Shown here: positions 11,061 through 21,443 of the stretch, in pieces
How the letters are laid out: each line of letters starts with the position of its first letter
Position numbering within the stretch: the first letter of the stretch is position 1
From: an uncultured archaeon
GTDB taxonomy: Archaea; Thermoplasmatota; Penumbrarchaeia; JASLWR01
Direction of reading: 5' to 3'
Assembly: GCA_964430885.1 (NCBI GenBank)
Contig: CAYSHM010000010.1
Location: forward strand, 36,601 to 100,600
Length of the DNA stretch: 64,000 nt
Made by a program: the position numbers and the translations under genes
Notes under the pieces: generated by a model
The model's database searches: none
The model's input: only the letters and a program-made list of their open reading frames with translations
Told to the model about the DNA's origin: nothing

Positions 11061-14039
11061 TTACAATTCTTGTGAACCGTCCTCATCATCCTTACCTTTG
11101 GCTTTCGATTTATCAGAAGGAGAACCGTTCTTGGATTTTACGGTTTTATTTACAGAAGGACTGCTAGATCCCACATCCATGTCTTCCTCCACACGCATCC
11201 CTTTAACGCTGATCGACAGATCATATATTACTATCCCGATAACGAGCAGAACAAAGACTATCCACAATAATTTTGACTTGTTCTTGCTTAGAATGCTTCT
11301 TGAAGAATAGGTCTTCCGATCGTCAAGACCGTCCAGATCTTCATCCTCAGTTTCATTCACTACTGTCTTGTTTTCAGAGGGTTCAAATATCAATATAGGC
11401 ACCTGAATGGATTCCTCATTTCCAGCAAGATCTCTGATCCTCAGTACTGCAAAATAAATTCCGGGATACTGATAGATATAATAAAATGAACTGTTCTTGA
11501 TAATAACACCGTCTCCCATCTCGCATTCCAGATTTGACAAGCCGTAATTATCGGTACAGTTGGTAAAATTGAAAAAAAGAGAATTGTTCACACGTGAAAT
11601 GAAGTAGGGCAGCAAAGAACGGTTGTCCTCCTCGCTCGGTGTGCGATATGTAAAATTCCTTAGTCGTGTAATGTTGAAATCATCCTCAAAGGAGACCAAC
11701 TCACCCAAAGAATAACAAATCTGGGTACGATTGCCGTCTGAATAGGATATTCTATATTCATGATAATTGGTAAGATTTTTATCGTCCAATATGGAAAGAT
11801 TCATAACGGCAATAGGTAATATTACATCAGTCACCTCCAAATGAAAAGTGGTGGTGTTCCAGTTTTCCATTGCATCCAGTATCTGCAGGGTAATGTAGTA
11901 AGTTCCTGGTTGATCATACCTGTAGTTCAGGATTGAACGGTTGCTACCGAAAATGATACTACCATCTCCCAAGGACCAGTTGTAGAAGGTTATATTTTCA
12001 TTATCATAGGAAGCTGTAGCATTGAGGAAAGCATACCCCCCAAGCTGTACTTTTTCCGGATAATCCACAATAACCACCGGAGGGGTCCCGTCCTTCACGA
12101 AAACAGCACCAGTATCCACATTATAATTTCCCTCTGAATCATATACTGCGAGATCTACAAAGTAGGTCCCCATCTTATTATATATGTGGTTCACCCACGA
12201 GACTGTGGTAATCTCAAATGTCCCATCACCGAAATTCCATTCATATCTTGAAATCAACCCGTTATCTGTAGATCCAGAAGCATCCAGGGTTAAGATATAT
12301 CCCTTACGAATATGATTCTCAGAAGGAATATCTGCTCTAGGGGGAGTCAGATCGTGAACCCAAACCCTCTTTGTGGTATAGGTGGTAAAACCTGTTTTGT
12401 TGATTATTGTCAAGCGGACAGTATAGTTTCCCGGGTCTTCATAGATGTGAGTGACAGCGGATCCAGCGTGATAATCCACATTTCCATCTCCGAAATCCCA
12501 GGTATAGGTTATGATCCCGTCACGGTCATAAGTTTCACTGGCATCGAACTGTATCGGGCTGTCCTCATTTACTTCGTCCATAGAATCTATCACAGGGCAG
12601 GGTACAACCTTTACTTGAGTATGATGCCTATCGATACATCCGTCATTGTCCTCAGCAGTAAGGGTCACCTGATATATTCCCTGTTTCTCATATGCATGTT
12701 CTGCATAAAGCTTGTTGGATTCGTTACCATCACCGAAATCCCAACGAATATTCTTAATAGTACCATCTACATCATAGGCAATTGCATCATTGAACCTGAT
12801 GGGTTTCCCAGGTTCGGCAAAAACACTTTTGCCAATATTGACGGATGGAGGAAGGTTGGTAGCGTTGCTCGCAATATATTTCCTCAGATGGGTATTTATC
12901 TTTCCGTCATGATGTCCCATGTACCAGAAACAGAGACCGTATAAGTTGAACTTCTTCACGAGATATAATTTATAAAGAAAACTCTGATTATCTGAATAAT
13001 GGGTTTCTCTGTATCGGTTGGATCCGTAATCAGCATTATAGGTATAGAAAGGATAACGCCCAGTTGCATTCCATTGTCTTTTAACACCGTAAACTTCCCG
13101 GACGTTCTCTGCCTGTTCATAGTTATAGATCTGGGCACCGGAGAGAGTATTCCCAACCTCATCTACCGGCCAGTCATATCCGAAAGTAGGTATTCCAAGG
13201 ATTACCTTTTCCCGGGGGATCTTGGTAACTGCATATTCCATTATGCTGTGGACCCAATCGTATGAGGCCACAGCTCCTGCAGAATGATGGGTGGACCAAT
13301 GCTCATTGTAGGCCATAATCTTCACTTGATCGGCCACAACCCCAATTGGCTCGTATATATAAGCGTCACATTGAAAACCTGTTCGGTCGTCAGTCCATCT
13401 CGGATACAGAGAAACCGATATTGTCTTGTTGATCTTCTTCATCTCTACACTGAGGTTCTCAATAAATGATACATACCTGTATCTATCAGAGTATCTCACA
13501 GACTCGTAGTTGATCTCTATTCCGTCATAACCGGTGTTGTTTACTATTTTACATATCCGTTCGATATGTTTGGCCCGAAGATCAAGATCATTGAAGAAAA
13601 GGGTATAGGTGGCATTATTACCACAATATATGATAGGGATCACGGTATAGTTCAGTTCCCTGTAAGTGTTCAGCCTGTTCCATATAAAACCCGGTTCATC
13701 AACGGTCTGTACCACCTTGGCAAAGCTGTCAAGGGTGTACCAGTAAGGATAGATATGATTGAAAACATCCCTGTTCTGGGTCATATTAAGGTGGCATTCC
13801 TCATCCCAATAAACTGTCCAGGAGCCATAATGCGCTGAATTATTTACACTTCCGTTCCTAGTAGAAATCTCAAGGAACTCCTTGAAGGAAGAATAATCAA
13901 AGGCATCATTTTCCAGACCTTCATCGACCGAAGGTTCTTCACCCAAATAGTTGGTAATAAGGGAACTCAGGGGTATAAAACCCAAAATCGCAATAATAAT
14001 TAATGAACTGAGAGTGATTATATATTCTTTGAATTTCAT
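11061..14039 (-). CDS. GH18 glycoside hydrolase (YaaH/SleL/chitinase-like) with 4-5 PKD domains and C-terminal TM anchor
   Basis: GYDGIEINYE, IMAYNEHW, IPREKVILGIPTFGYDWP and GLCFW are GH18 barrel motifs; repeated WDFGDG PKD motifs; hydrophobic segments at both ends; GGTGAA RBS. Confidence 0.88.
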   Translation of the reverse strand: MKFKEYIITLSSLIIIAILGFIPLSSLITNYLGEEPSVDEGLENDAFDYSSFKEFLEISTRNGSVNNSAHYGSWTVYWDEECHLNMTQNRDVFNHIYPYWYTLDSFAKVVQTVDEPGFIWNRLNTYRELNYTVIPIIYCGNNATYTLFFNDLDLRAKHIERICKIVNNTGYDGIEINYESVRYSDRYRYVSFIENLSVEMKKINKTISVSLYPRWTDDRTGFQCDAYIYEPIGVVADQVKIMAYNEHWSTHHSAGAVASYDWVHSIMEYAVTKIPREKVILGIPTFGYDWPVDEVGNTLSGAQIYNYEQAENVREVYGVKRQWNATGRYPFYTYNADYGSNRYRETHYSDNQSFLYKLYLVKKFNLYGLCFWYMGHHDGKINTHLRKYIASNATNLPPSVNIGKSVFAEPGKPIRFNDAIAYDVDGTIKNIRWDFGDGNESNKLYAEHAYEKQGIYQVTLTAEDNDGCIDRHHTQVKVVPCPVIDSMDEVNEDSPIQFDASETYDRDGIITYTWDFGDGNVDYHAGSAVTHIYEDPGNYTVRLTIINKTGFTTYTTKRVWVHDLTPPRADIPSENHIRKGYILTLDASGSTDNGLISRYEWNFGDGTFEITTVSWVNHIYNKMGTYFVDLAVYDSEGNYNVDTGAVFVKDGTPPVVIVDYPEKVQLGGYAFLNATASYDNENITFYNWSLGDGSIIFGSNRSILNYRYDQPGTYYITLQILDAMENWNTTTFHLEVTDVILPIAVMNLSILDDKNLTNYHEYRISYSDGNRTQICYSLGELVSFEDDFNITRLRNFTYRTPSEEDNRSLLPYFISRVNNSLFFNFTNCTDNYGLSNLECEMGDGVIIKNSSFYYIYQYPGIYFAVLRIRDLAGNEESIQVPILIFEPSENKTVVNETEDEDLDGLDDRKTYSSRSILSKNKSKLLWIVFVLLVIGIVIYDLSISVKGMRVEEDMDVGSSSPSVNKTVKSKNGSPSDKSKAKGKDDEDGSQEL

Positions 14040-14114
14040 ATGTATTCACCGAAAATTGATGTTGAGCTATTCTGTTTCTTTGCTGTGTGTTATTTTACTT
14101 CTGTATAGGAATTT

Positions 14115-14138
14115 GGAATAATATCTTGAGATTATTCC
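14115..14138. promoter_or_regulatory. Inverted repeat GGAATAAT-N8-ATTATTCC upstream of the glycosidase operon (possible operator or 5'UTR hairpin)
   Basis: Perfect 8-bp arms, lying between a minus-strand TATA-like element (~14192-14200) and the ATG at 14039. Confidence 0.35.
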
Positions 14139-14486
14139 CAACCATCATATTTATCGAGCGACAATATGCTTATACATTCAGTATTCCGTTCATAATAAAA
14201 AGTTTTGTATTCTTTTATTTGGATTGATTATTTGGCAATTCCTATAATCAACATATTTAAGGTTTAATAAAATCGAAAAGAAAAGAAATTTTCCATTGAA
14301 AACTCATGTGAACAAAAATAATAATTTCAGGTAATGAATTGAAAACAACCTCATGATAAGAAATTGAATCGAATTAATATATAGAAAAATTTCCGTAGCT
14401 TACAGCCCTTCTTCGGCAACAGAAAAGAAACCAATAATTCCACATAACATTCAATATCAATTATAGTTCCATATAAATAAATAAGC

Positions 14487-15437
14487 TCAGAGGGTCACCG
14501 TAGTTCCATCTTGTGCAGATCTTATACACGCCTTGACTATCTCAAGGGCTTTCAATGCTTCTTCACCTGTGACAAGGGGTGATTCCGCTTTCTCTATAGC
14601 ATTAAAGAAATCCAATATCTCCTTTTTGAGCGGCTCTTCTCTATGAGGGGTATGGGTTTCCATTTCGTATTCGGCGGTTTCGGGATTGAAAGTGAAAACG
14701 GACAGCTTACCTTTCAGGAGGTCAGCTTCCAGATAACCGGCATCACCTGTTATATACAGGCTCCTTCTTGGGTGTGGACGGTTCCAGCTAACATGAATAT
14801 TTGCGATTGCCTCGTCATGGAATGATAATAATATATGTGCGAGATCCTCATGTGTCGGATGCTTGTTCCTATTGGCCATTGAAGATACTCTTTTTACTTT
14901 TTTATTAATGATATACCTTGCTAGATCCACATCATGTATCGAGGTGTCCATGATCACCCCTACATCCGAGATCCGTTTGGGATAAGGCCCCACCCTTACA
15001 GCCTCATAGGATATTATATTGCCTATCTTGCGCTTATCAACAGCAGACTTCACACTCTCAACCATAGTGTTAAAGCGCTCTATATGGCCAACTGCAAGGA
15101 TCACATCATGTTCCTTGGCGGTGTCCACAAGCTCTTGTCCTTTGGATATTTCATCGCATATGGGTTTCTCAATCAGAATGTGAATTCCCTGCTCCATTGC
15201 CCTTTTGGATATTTCAAAATGGGTCGTGGTAGGAGTAGCTATTGATATAGCCTCAACTCCACTGTTTATAATAAATTCCTCAAAATCCGAATAATAGCTG
15301 CAGCCGTATTTTTCAGCCATGCTTCTAGCAGTCTCTTCATGCAGATCAAAAACCGCTTTCAGACAACCAAGATCCTTGTAGTTACGGGCGTGAAATCCAC
15401 CCATTCTACCAACACCTGCAACACCTGCCTTTATCAT
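14487..15437 (-). CDS. Gfo/Idh/MocA family NAD-dependent oxidoreductase (UDP-sugar 3-dehydrogenase-like)
   Basis: GVAGVGRMG Rossmann motif, ATPTTTH, HILIEKP, VGHIERFN, GVIMDTSIHDVDL. Start trimmed to MIKAG at 15437. Confidence 0.88.
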   Translation of the reverse strand: MIKAGVAGVGRMGGFHARNYKDLGCLKAVFDLHEETARSMAEKYGCSYYSDFEEFIINSGVEAISIATPTTTHFEISKRAMEQGIHILIEKPICDEISKGQELVDTAKEHDVILAVGHIERFNTMVESVKSAVDKRKIGNIISYEAVRVGPYPKRISDVGVIMDTSIHDVDLARYIINKKVKRVSSMANRNKHPTHEDLAHILLSFHDEAIANIHVSWNRPHPRRSLYITGDAGYLEADLLKGKLSVFTFNPETAEYEMETHTPHREEPLKKEILDFFNAIEKAESPLVTGEEALKALEIVKACIRSAQDGTTVTL

Positions 15438-15680
15438 AATATCACAGTTAAATACCTGCACCAATAATTTAAGGTTTTGCCACCATAAACGCCAAAGGAA
15501 ATAATCCTTACAAACTATTGTCATTCTGGTCAAATCAACTGTGCCTAGAGGTGTATACAAATATTTTCCCATGAGCATATTACAAGATGAAGTTTTAATA
15601 ATTAAAAGAGAAATCAGGAAACAGAACCGATTCATGGTCAAAAATTATTTTCTTTCCCAATTTATAATTGCGGTGAAGCA

Positions 15681-17408
15681 ATGAAACGCAGTGCACTTAT
15701 CAGAGAGATCGAGGATGGAGTGGCACTCATGGACCAGGGTCTGTATAAAAAGGCCCTGATGAAATTCGATTCATTGCTTGATATCGACCCGGACCTTCAG
15801 AGGGTTTGGTATTATAGAAGTATGTGCTTTATCGAGCTTTCTAGATATGATGATGCAAGAGAGAGCGCGCTTACTGCAATAGATTATGATATTCATGATA
15901 TCGAATCCTGGAGGGCACTAGGTGAGATACATCTGGAACTGAACGAATTGACCAAATCCTTCAATGCTCTTAAAAGGGTTCTGAAAAGTGACCCGATGGA
16001 CAGGGATGCCTTGTACCTTCTGGGAAATGTTTTTCTTAAGAAGGAAAGATATGACGATGCAATCAGGATATATGATAAAGTACTGAAGATCGATCCCGAC
16101 GATGATCTTGCATATGATAAAAAGAAGTTAGCGGAGTTCAAAAAGAAAAGGGACGCAGATTATACCAGGGACAATAATTTCTATTCAGAACCTAAGAAAA
16201 CTTTCCCCATTAAAGAATCAAAGCTTGATTGGGACTATACTGATGAGGAAAATGAAGACATTTTTGATCTTATCGAGACTGGACTAAACCATCTCCAGAA
16301 CAAAGATTTCCAAAATGCTCTAGATACAGTGGAGAAAGCCCTCAGGATTGACCCCGATGACATCGATTCTTTGCTTCTAAACGGACAGATATTCTTCGAG
16401 ATGGGCCAGTACCAGAAAGCAATGTCCAGTTTCGATCGTGTAACAGATATCGAAAAATCCAATCCCGAAGCCTGGTTCAACAAGGGCGAGATACTAGAGA
16501 TCGTAAATAGATATCAGGATGCATTGGCCTGTTATAAGGAAGCCTTGAAGAACGATCCCGATTTCAGCGAAGCAAAGGAAGCGGTTGTTGAAGTTGAGGC
16601 CAAATTGGGTATGACCACAAACATCGATTTTGCAGACCCTGTGGCAGATAGAATGATCAAGAAAAAGGCCAGGGTCCGTGAGAACGAATATGATGTCGAG
16701 GCCTTTGGAATGATGGAACACCGAGAGGACGGATCTCTGGTTTCAGACAGTGAGTGGGTCGAGCGAGCGGGAAAATTCCTTGTCCAGAACTATCCACAGA
16801 GGGCTATGGTATGTTTCCAGAAGGCTCTAGATGTCAATCTTGATAATGTTGAAGCTCTTTTCGGGTTGGGCAATTCCAATCGAAAAATAGGGGAGAACGA
16901 TATAGCTGTTGAATTCTATAACAAAGCCCTACAGATCAAACCCGATCGGGCTGACATCCATTATAATAAAGGATTGGCGCTCTTAGGAGGACAGAAACCC
17001 AACGCTGCTGTCAGAGCCTTCCAGAATGCTCTAAGGATAGAACCTGATAAAAAAGAAGCAATATCCAATCTTGGAGCCGCCTACAACGAAATCAATGAGA
17101 TGATGAAAGCGATGGATACCTATAACAGATTGCTGAAACTTGACCCTAAAGACGCAAAGGCCTGGTACAATCTTGGCAATGTCTATGTTAAGGTTGGAAA
17201 GGCCAGAAAAGCCATCAAATCCTACGACCGGGCGATTAAATTCGACCCCAGAAATGTACAGTATCACTATAATAAAGGTATCACATATTATGAGATTAAC
17301 AAGTTCAAGAAGGCAAAGAAAGCCTTTCTCATGGCATTGAAAATAAAACCGGGTTATCGGCCTGCAAAGGAAGCCCTTGTTGCCTGCAAGGATGCTCTGA
17401 GAATGTAG
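15681..17408 (+). CDS. Tetratricopeptide repeat protein with three TPR clusters separated by charged linkers
   Basis: Many W/Y..(L/K)G......A...(Y/F)..AL.idP repeats; GGTGA RBS. Confidence 0.9.
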   Translation: MKRSALIREIEDGVALMDQGLYKKALMKFDSLLDIDPDLQRVWYYRSMCFIELSRYDDARESALTAIDYDIHDIESWRALGEIHLELNELTKSFNALKRVLKSDPMDRDALYLLGNVFLKKERYDDAIRIYDKVLKIDPDDDLAYDKKKLAEFKKKRDADYTRDNNFYSEPKKTFPIKESKLDWDYTDEENEDIFDLIETGLNHLQNKDFQNALDTVEKALRIDPDDIDSLLLNGQIFFEMGQYQKAMSSFDRVTDIEKSNPEAWFNKGEILEIVNRYQDALACYKEALKNDPDFSEAKEAVVEVEAKLGMTTNIDFADPVADRMIKKKARVRENEYDVEAFGMMEHREDGSLVSDSEWVERAGKFLVQNYPQRAMVCFQKALDVNLDNVEALFGLGNSNRKIGENDIAVEFYNKALQIKPDRADIHYNKGLALLGGQKPNAAVRAFQNALRIEPDKKEAISNLGAAYNEINEMMKAMDTYNRLLKLDPKDAKAWYNLGNVYVKVGKARKAIKSYDRAIKFDPRNVQYHYNKGITYYEINKFKKAKKAFLMALKIKPGYRPAKEALVACKDALRM

Positions 17409-17575
17409 CCCGTTTACTTGAAAAGATTAAACATACTAGTCATTGTTTCCAGTCGATCGCTAACCGAAGCCATGTGCTTTAAATTGAACCTGATCTGAAA
17501 GGATAGGATTCATAGGGTCAAGTGCATTTTGAAAAATCACATATAACACAATACCTCTTACAGGAAGGGAGATCT

Positions 17576-18259
17576 ATGTACAAGGTTAACGAGATATTCT
17601 TATCCATTCAGGGTGAGGGAATTCTCCAGGGAATTCCCACGGTATTCATTCGTTTTTCAGGATGCAATCTCAATTGTGATTGGTGCGATACGGAATATGC
17701 CAGGGAAGAGGGAGAGGAGAAATCTCTTGGCCTTATAATCTCCGAAATTCAGAAATTCAGTGCAAATAATGTCTGCATAACTGGAGGTGAACCATTACTC
17801 CAGAAGGATCTCGCGGAATTGATCCGCTCACTCCTGGAGAATGGATACAAAGTGTGTATTGAAACCAACGGCAGTCTGCCAATCAAGGGATTATTGGAAA
17901 AAATTTCAGTGAGAGATGGTTCATCAGGGAAAAAAGAAATATTATTTTCCGTTGATGTCAAAACCCCTTCATCGGGTGAAGTAGATTCCTTTGAGTATAA
18001 CAATCTTGAAGTAATGAGTGATGGCGACCAGTTGAAATTCATTGTAAAAGACCTATCAGACCTTATTTACGTTAGGGATTTCCTGATTAACCGAGGAAAA
18101 GTGTTCACGGGTAATATTTTTATCCAACCCGTTGACAATAAAAATCTGGAAGAATTGGCGGAAAAATTCATTCAAACTGAATGGCCCCAGGAGATGGATA
18201 TTCGTTTCGGTTTACAGATCCACAAGATAATCTGGTCACCGGATACCCGCGGCGTGTGA
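17576..18259 (+). CDS. queE: 7-carboxy-7-deazaguanine synthase (radical SAM)
   Basis: VNEIFLSIQGEG, FIRFSGCNLNCDWCDT (CxxxCxxC), ITGGEPLLQ, IETNG, DVKTPSSG, LQIHKIIW..RGV. Confidence 0.9.
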   Translation: MYKVNEIFLSIQGEGILQGIPTVFIRFSGCNLNCDWCDTEYAREEGEEKSLGLIISEIQKFSANNVCITGGEPLLQKDLAELIRSLLENGYKVCIETNGSLPIKGLLEKISVRDGSSGKKEILFSVDVKTPSSGEVDSFEYNNLEVMSDGDQLKFIVKDLSDLIYVRDFLINRGKVFTGNIFIQPVDNKNLEELAEKFIQTEWPQEMDIRFGLQIHKIIWSPDTRGV

Positions 18260-18321
18260 CACATAGACTACTGGGATTATATTTTGAATATCAAATCAAT
18301 GAAAAGCTTAAAATAACACTG

Positions 18322-18349
18322 CTTATAATTAACGAACCGACCAGTCGGT
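18322..18349 (+). promoter_or_regulatory. TATA box (TTATAA) followed by the palindromic TetR-type operator ACCGAC-CA-GTCGGT
   Basis: Palindrome at 18336..18349 just downstream of TTATAA at 18323..18328 and about 20 nt upstream of the TetR start codon. Confidence 0.6.
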
Positions 18350-18369
18350 CTTTGGATTGGGTGACGGTT

Positions 18370-18942
18370 ATGGGTCAATTCGGTGAGACAAAGAAAAAGG
18401 TACTGGAAGCCGCTTTTAATATTTTCAGTGAAAGAGGATATAATCGAACTCCTATCAGTGCAATAGTCAAGGAATCGGGGGTATCTAAAGGGGGAATATT
18501 CCATCATTTTGAAAGCAAATACCATTTAGCAAGGGATTGTCTGTTCTGGTGGGCAGAGAATCATATTTCAACGCGAATATCTAATATCGAACGGGGTAAA
18601 TTGAAGCCAGATGATATTCTCATTCATTTCATAGATTCAATGCTTGAAATGTTTGATGGTTCAAAGGGATTCACTAAATTTTTCTGGGAGGTTTTCGAGG
18701 AAGCGCTGACTAATAAAGAGGATAATTCCATATGGCTTGAATTTCTTGATGGGTATGTAAAGGAAATTGAACAGATTTATGAATCCATGGGTGTTAAGGA
18801 CCCAAAAATGAAATCGGTTTGTTTTCTTTCAAATTTAGACGGTCTTGCGCTATACTATTCCATGCTAAACGAATCACCTTTAAAGATGGACCAGCAGAGA
18901 ATAAGAAATGAACTTATCAGAACCTGGGTCAATATTTCCTAG
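18370..18942 (+). CDS. TetR/AcrR family transcriptional regulator
   Basis: TKKKVLEAAFNIFSERGY...IVKESGVSKGGIFHHFESK HTH; GGGTGA RBS before ATG 18370. Confidence 0.92.
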   Translation: MGQFGETKKKVLEAAFNIFSERGYNRTPISAIVKESGVSKGGIFHHFESKYHLARDCLFWWAENHISTRISNIERGKLKPDDILIHFIDSMLEMFDGSKGFTKFFWEVFEEALTNKEDNSIWLEFLDGYVKEIEQIYESMGVKDPKMKSVCFLSNLDGLALYYSMLNESPLKMDQQRIRNELIRTWVNIS

Positions 18943-18968
18943 GTATACCATATCACAGAGGGACATCT

Positions 18969-21443
18969 ATGAAATTTCTTGAACGACTAGGTGGATTCGT
19001 ATCAAAAAGACCCGCTATGATAATAATCGCAATAATTGTCGTGACCGTCCTTCTCATTTCTGGAATGGGATGGTCATTGGCATCAGAAAGATCGGAGATG
19101 AGAACCAATATCAATGCTCTTTTCCCGAATTATCATGAAGTTGATGTAATGAACGAAATATATAGGGATTTCGGTGATGTAGAACCGTTCATAATTCTTG
19201 TAAAATCGGATGACGTAATAACTCCAGATATATTTAGCAGATGTTCCGAGGTAATGACAAAATTGTACAGAGATAATACTACGAAAGAATCCGTTCTAGG
19301 CTCCAATGAATTGGAGAAATCCCAAAGTTTTATTTCCCTCCCCATTATTCTCGGAGGATACCGGTTCACATACAAAACAGGTGATCCAGAGCCTACCATA
19401 TTGCAATCACTCTCATGGGCAGCCAACTTCACAACAAAAGAGGAACTTATAACCGTTCTCAATAGTTATCTATCAGATCCCAATATCCCGGATTTCATGA
19501 AAGGGTATGTTTACCAGTTCCTCCCGGCAGATGCTGATTACTCAGCACCTGTTACATCCATGCTCATGTTGGTAACATTGGATGGAGCAATAAGCGATGA
19601 GGAATTGGAAGAGTTGGAGCTCCATATGAGAGACGATCTGATCAATGGGCAGAGAGGGGATGGAATAACCATCTATGTTTATGCTTTCGGTCTGCTAAAT
19701 GCTTCCTACATGGAAGCTCAGGCTGCAGCGGAACCCTTGATGATGCTTGCCCTAGTTGGTGTTTTCATCCTGTCATGGATAAATTATAGGAGATTATCTG
19801 ATGTTCTCATCGCATACACCGCGCTGTTACTGGTATTAATTTGGACCTTTGCAATTGTAGGTATTTTAGGTTTTGATTACAATTTCATGAATATTATGGT
19901 ACCCGTTCTCATGATCGGTCTAGCTATCGATTTCAGTTTTCATTCTATTATGGGATATCGTGAGAGATTGGGAACTGAAAAGGAAAAAAAGGACCCTTCT
20001 CATTATGCTGTGATCTCCATGATGAAGGTTGTCGGTGTTGCATTCATTCTAGCTACGATCACAACTGCTTTCGGATTCCTTTCAAATGTAACCTCCAATA
20101 TGCCCTCCATCAGTGAATTCGGGATATTGGCTGCTTTGGGAATAATATTCGCATGCATTCTCAATATGACCTATGTTCCATCCATTCGAATTGTATTAGA
20201 CCGACGAAGGATGAAAAAGACAGGGGAGGTGAAGGGAGTTATAGAACCTGAAAAGGTAAGTTCAAAACCTGGCAGAATCCTCAAACCTCTTTCCATTACG
20301 GTTAGATATCCCTGGCCCTTGATAATCATATTATTTCTGGTGGCAGTACCGGGTTATCTTCTTGCTGCAGATATGAAAGCTACCTACGATCCTACGGGTG
20401 AATTGCTTGAAACAATGGAAATAACAAAGGCATTTCACCAGATAAACAACGAATATTCATTAGGTACCGAATACATAATGGTCAGGATAAACGGGGATTT
20501 AGAGGATCCGGAACTATGGCAAGCAATATTCCTGGCAGTTGAAAATGCAAGCAATGACGAATATGTAAATACCATCGAAGGTAAAGCCAACATTGAATGG
20601 CTTGGTTCATTTTTTCCTTTTTTAGAAGGAAGAGATCCGTCATATTCATATGTCGATAGTGATCTAGATGGTAAAGTCGATAGGGAAGCATCGGGTGAAA
20701 AGCTTATCCTGATGATAGATAATTTGACCTCCTATTACGGTTCAACCATTGAACAGCTTATCCATAAGGGTGAACATGGATATGACGGAATTCTGCTCAG
20801 AGTTGCATCGGAAACCAATATCGGGGAGCATGGTTTGAAAGCGAGGGAAGAACTGGTGCAGGACCTGAAACCTGTTATTGAAGCCGGCGGCAGTTATGAG
20901 ATCACCGGCGAACCCATCATATGGAACAAGGGTCTTGATGATTTCAACGATTCCCTACTGAACTCGACACTGCTGGTCATGGTATTTGCAGCCCTCCTTC
21001 TGACCTTAGTATTCGGTATTATACATAGATCACCCCTTTTAGGTTTGCTCACTGCTGTACTCCCAATCCTCGTTATAGGCTGGACCCTGGGAACAATGGC
21101 CATCATGGGCATACCACTAAACATGATGACTGCTTTCGTTGGTTCGTTCACTGTAGGACTGGGAATAGACTATCCAATACATCTTGTCACACGATGGGCC
21201 GAGGAGAGAAGAAAAGGATTCGGAATAATCGAATGTTATTCCATTTCGGTGAAATCAACTGGAAAAGAACTGATGTTCTCTGCTGCCACAACCCTTTTTG
21301 CCTTCTTGGCTTTCGCACTGATGCCCATGCCCATCATGAGAGAATTCGGCATTGTTATGCTATGCGGGATCATTTTTTCATTCCTAGGAGGTGTGTTCGT
21401 CATGCCGATGCTCATAAGGATTTGGCATCGTAGGAGCGAATAA
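18969..21443 (+). CDS. RND/MMPL (HAE3-type) family transporter
   Basis: Two homologous halves with GLAIDFSFH and GLGIDYPIH motifs, about 12 TM segments and two large extracytoplasmic loops. Confidence 0.9.
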   Translation: MKFLERLGGFVSKRPAMIIIAIIVVTVLLISGMGWSLASERSEMRTNINALFPNYHEVDVMNEIYRDFGDVEPFIILVKSDDVITPDIFSRCSEVMTKLYRDNTTKESVLGSNELEKSQSFISLPIILGGYRFTYKTGDPEPTILQSLSWAANFTTKEELITVLNSYLSDPNIPDFMKGYVYQFLPADADYSAPVTSMLMLVTLDGAISDEELEELELHMRDDLINGQRGDGITIYVYAFGLLNASYMEAQAAAEPLMMLALVGVFILSWINYRRLSDVLIAYTALLLVLIWTFAIVGILGFDYNFMNIMVPVLMIGLAIDFSFHSIMGYRERLGTEKEKKDPSHYAVISMMKVVGVAFILATITTAFGFLSNVTSNMPSISEFGILAALGIIFACILNMTYVPSIRIVLDRRRMKKTGEVKGVIEPEKVSSKPGRILKPLSITVRYPWPLIIILFLVAVPGYLLAADMKATYDPTGELLETMEITKAFHQINNEYSLGTEYIMVRINGDLEDPELWQAIFLAVENASNDEYVNTIEGKANIEWLGSFFPFLEGRDPSYSYVDSDLDGKVDREASGEKLILMIDNLTSYYGSTIEQLIHKGEHGYDGILLRVASETNIGEHGLKAREELVQDLKPVIEAGGSYEITGEPIIWNKGLDDFNDSLLNSTLLVMVFAALLLTLVFGIIHRSPLLGLLTAVLPILVIGWTLGTMAIMGIPLNMMTAFVGSFTVGLGIDYPIHLVTRWAEERRKGFGIIECYSISVKSTGKELMFSAATTLFAFLAFALMPMPIMREFGIVMLCGIIFSFLGGVFVMPMLIRIWHRRSE

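Noticed and set aside
17409-17575. preQ1 riboswitch upstream of queE
   Set aside because: Only a weak imperfect hairpin (TTGAACCT...AGGGTCAA); no recognisable preQ1 stem-loop plus A-rich tail consensus.
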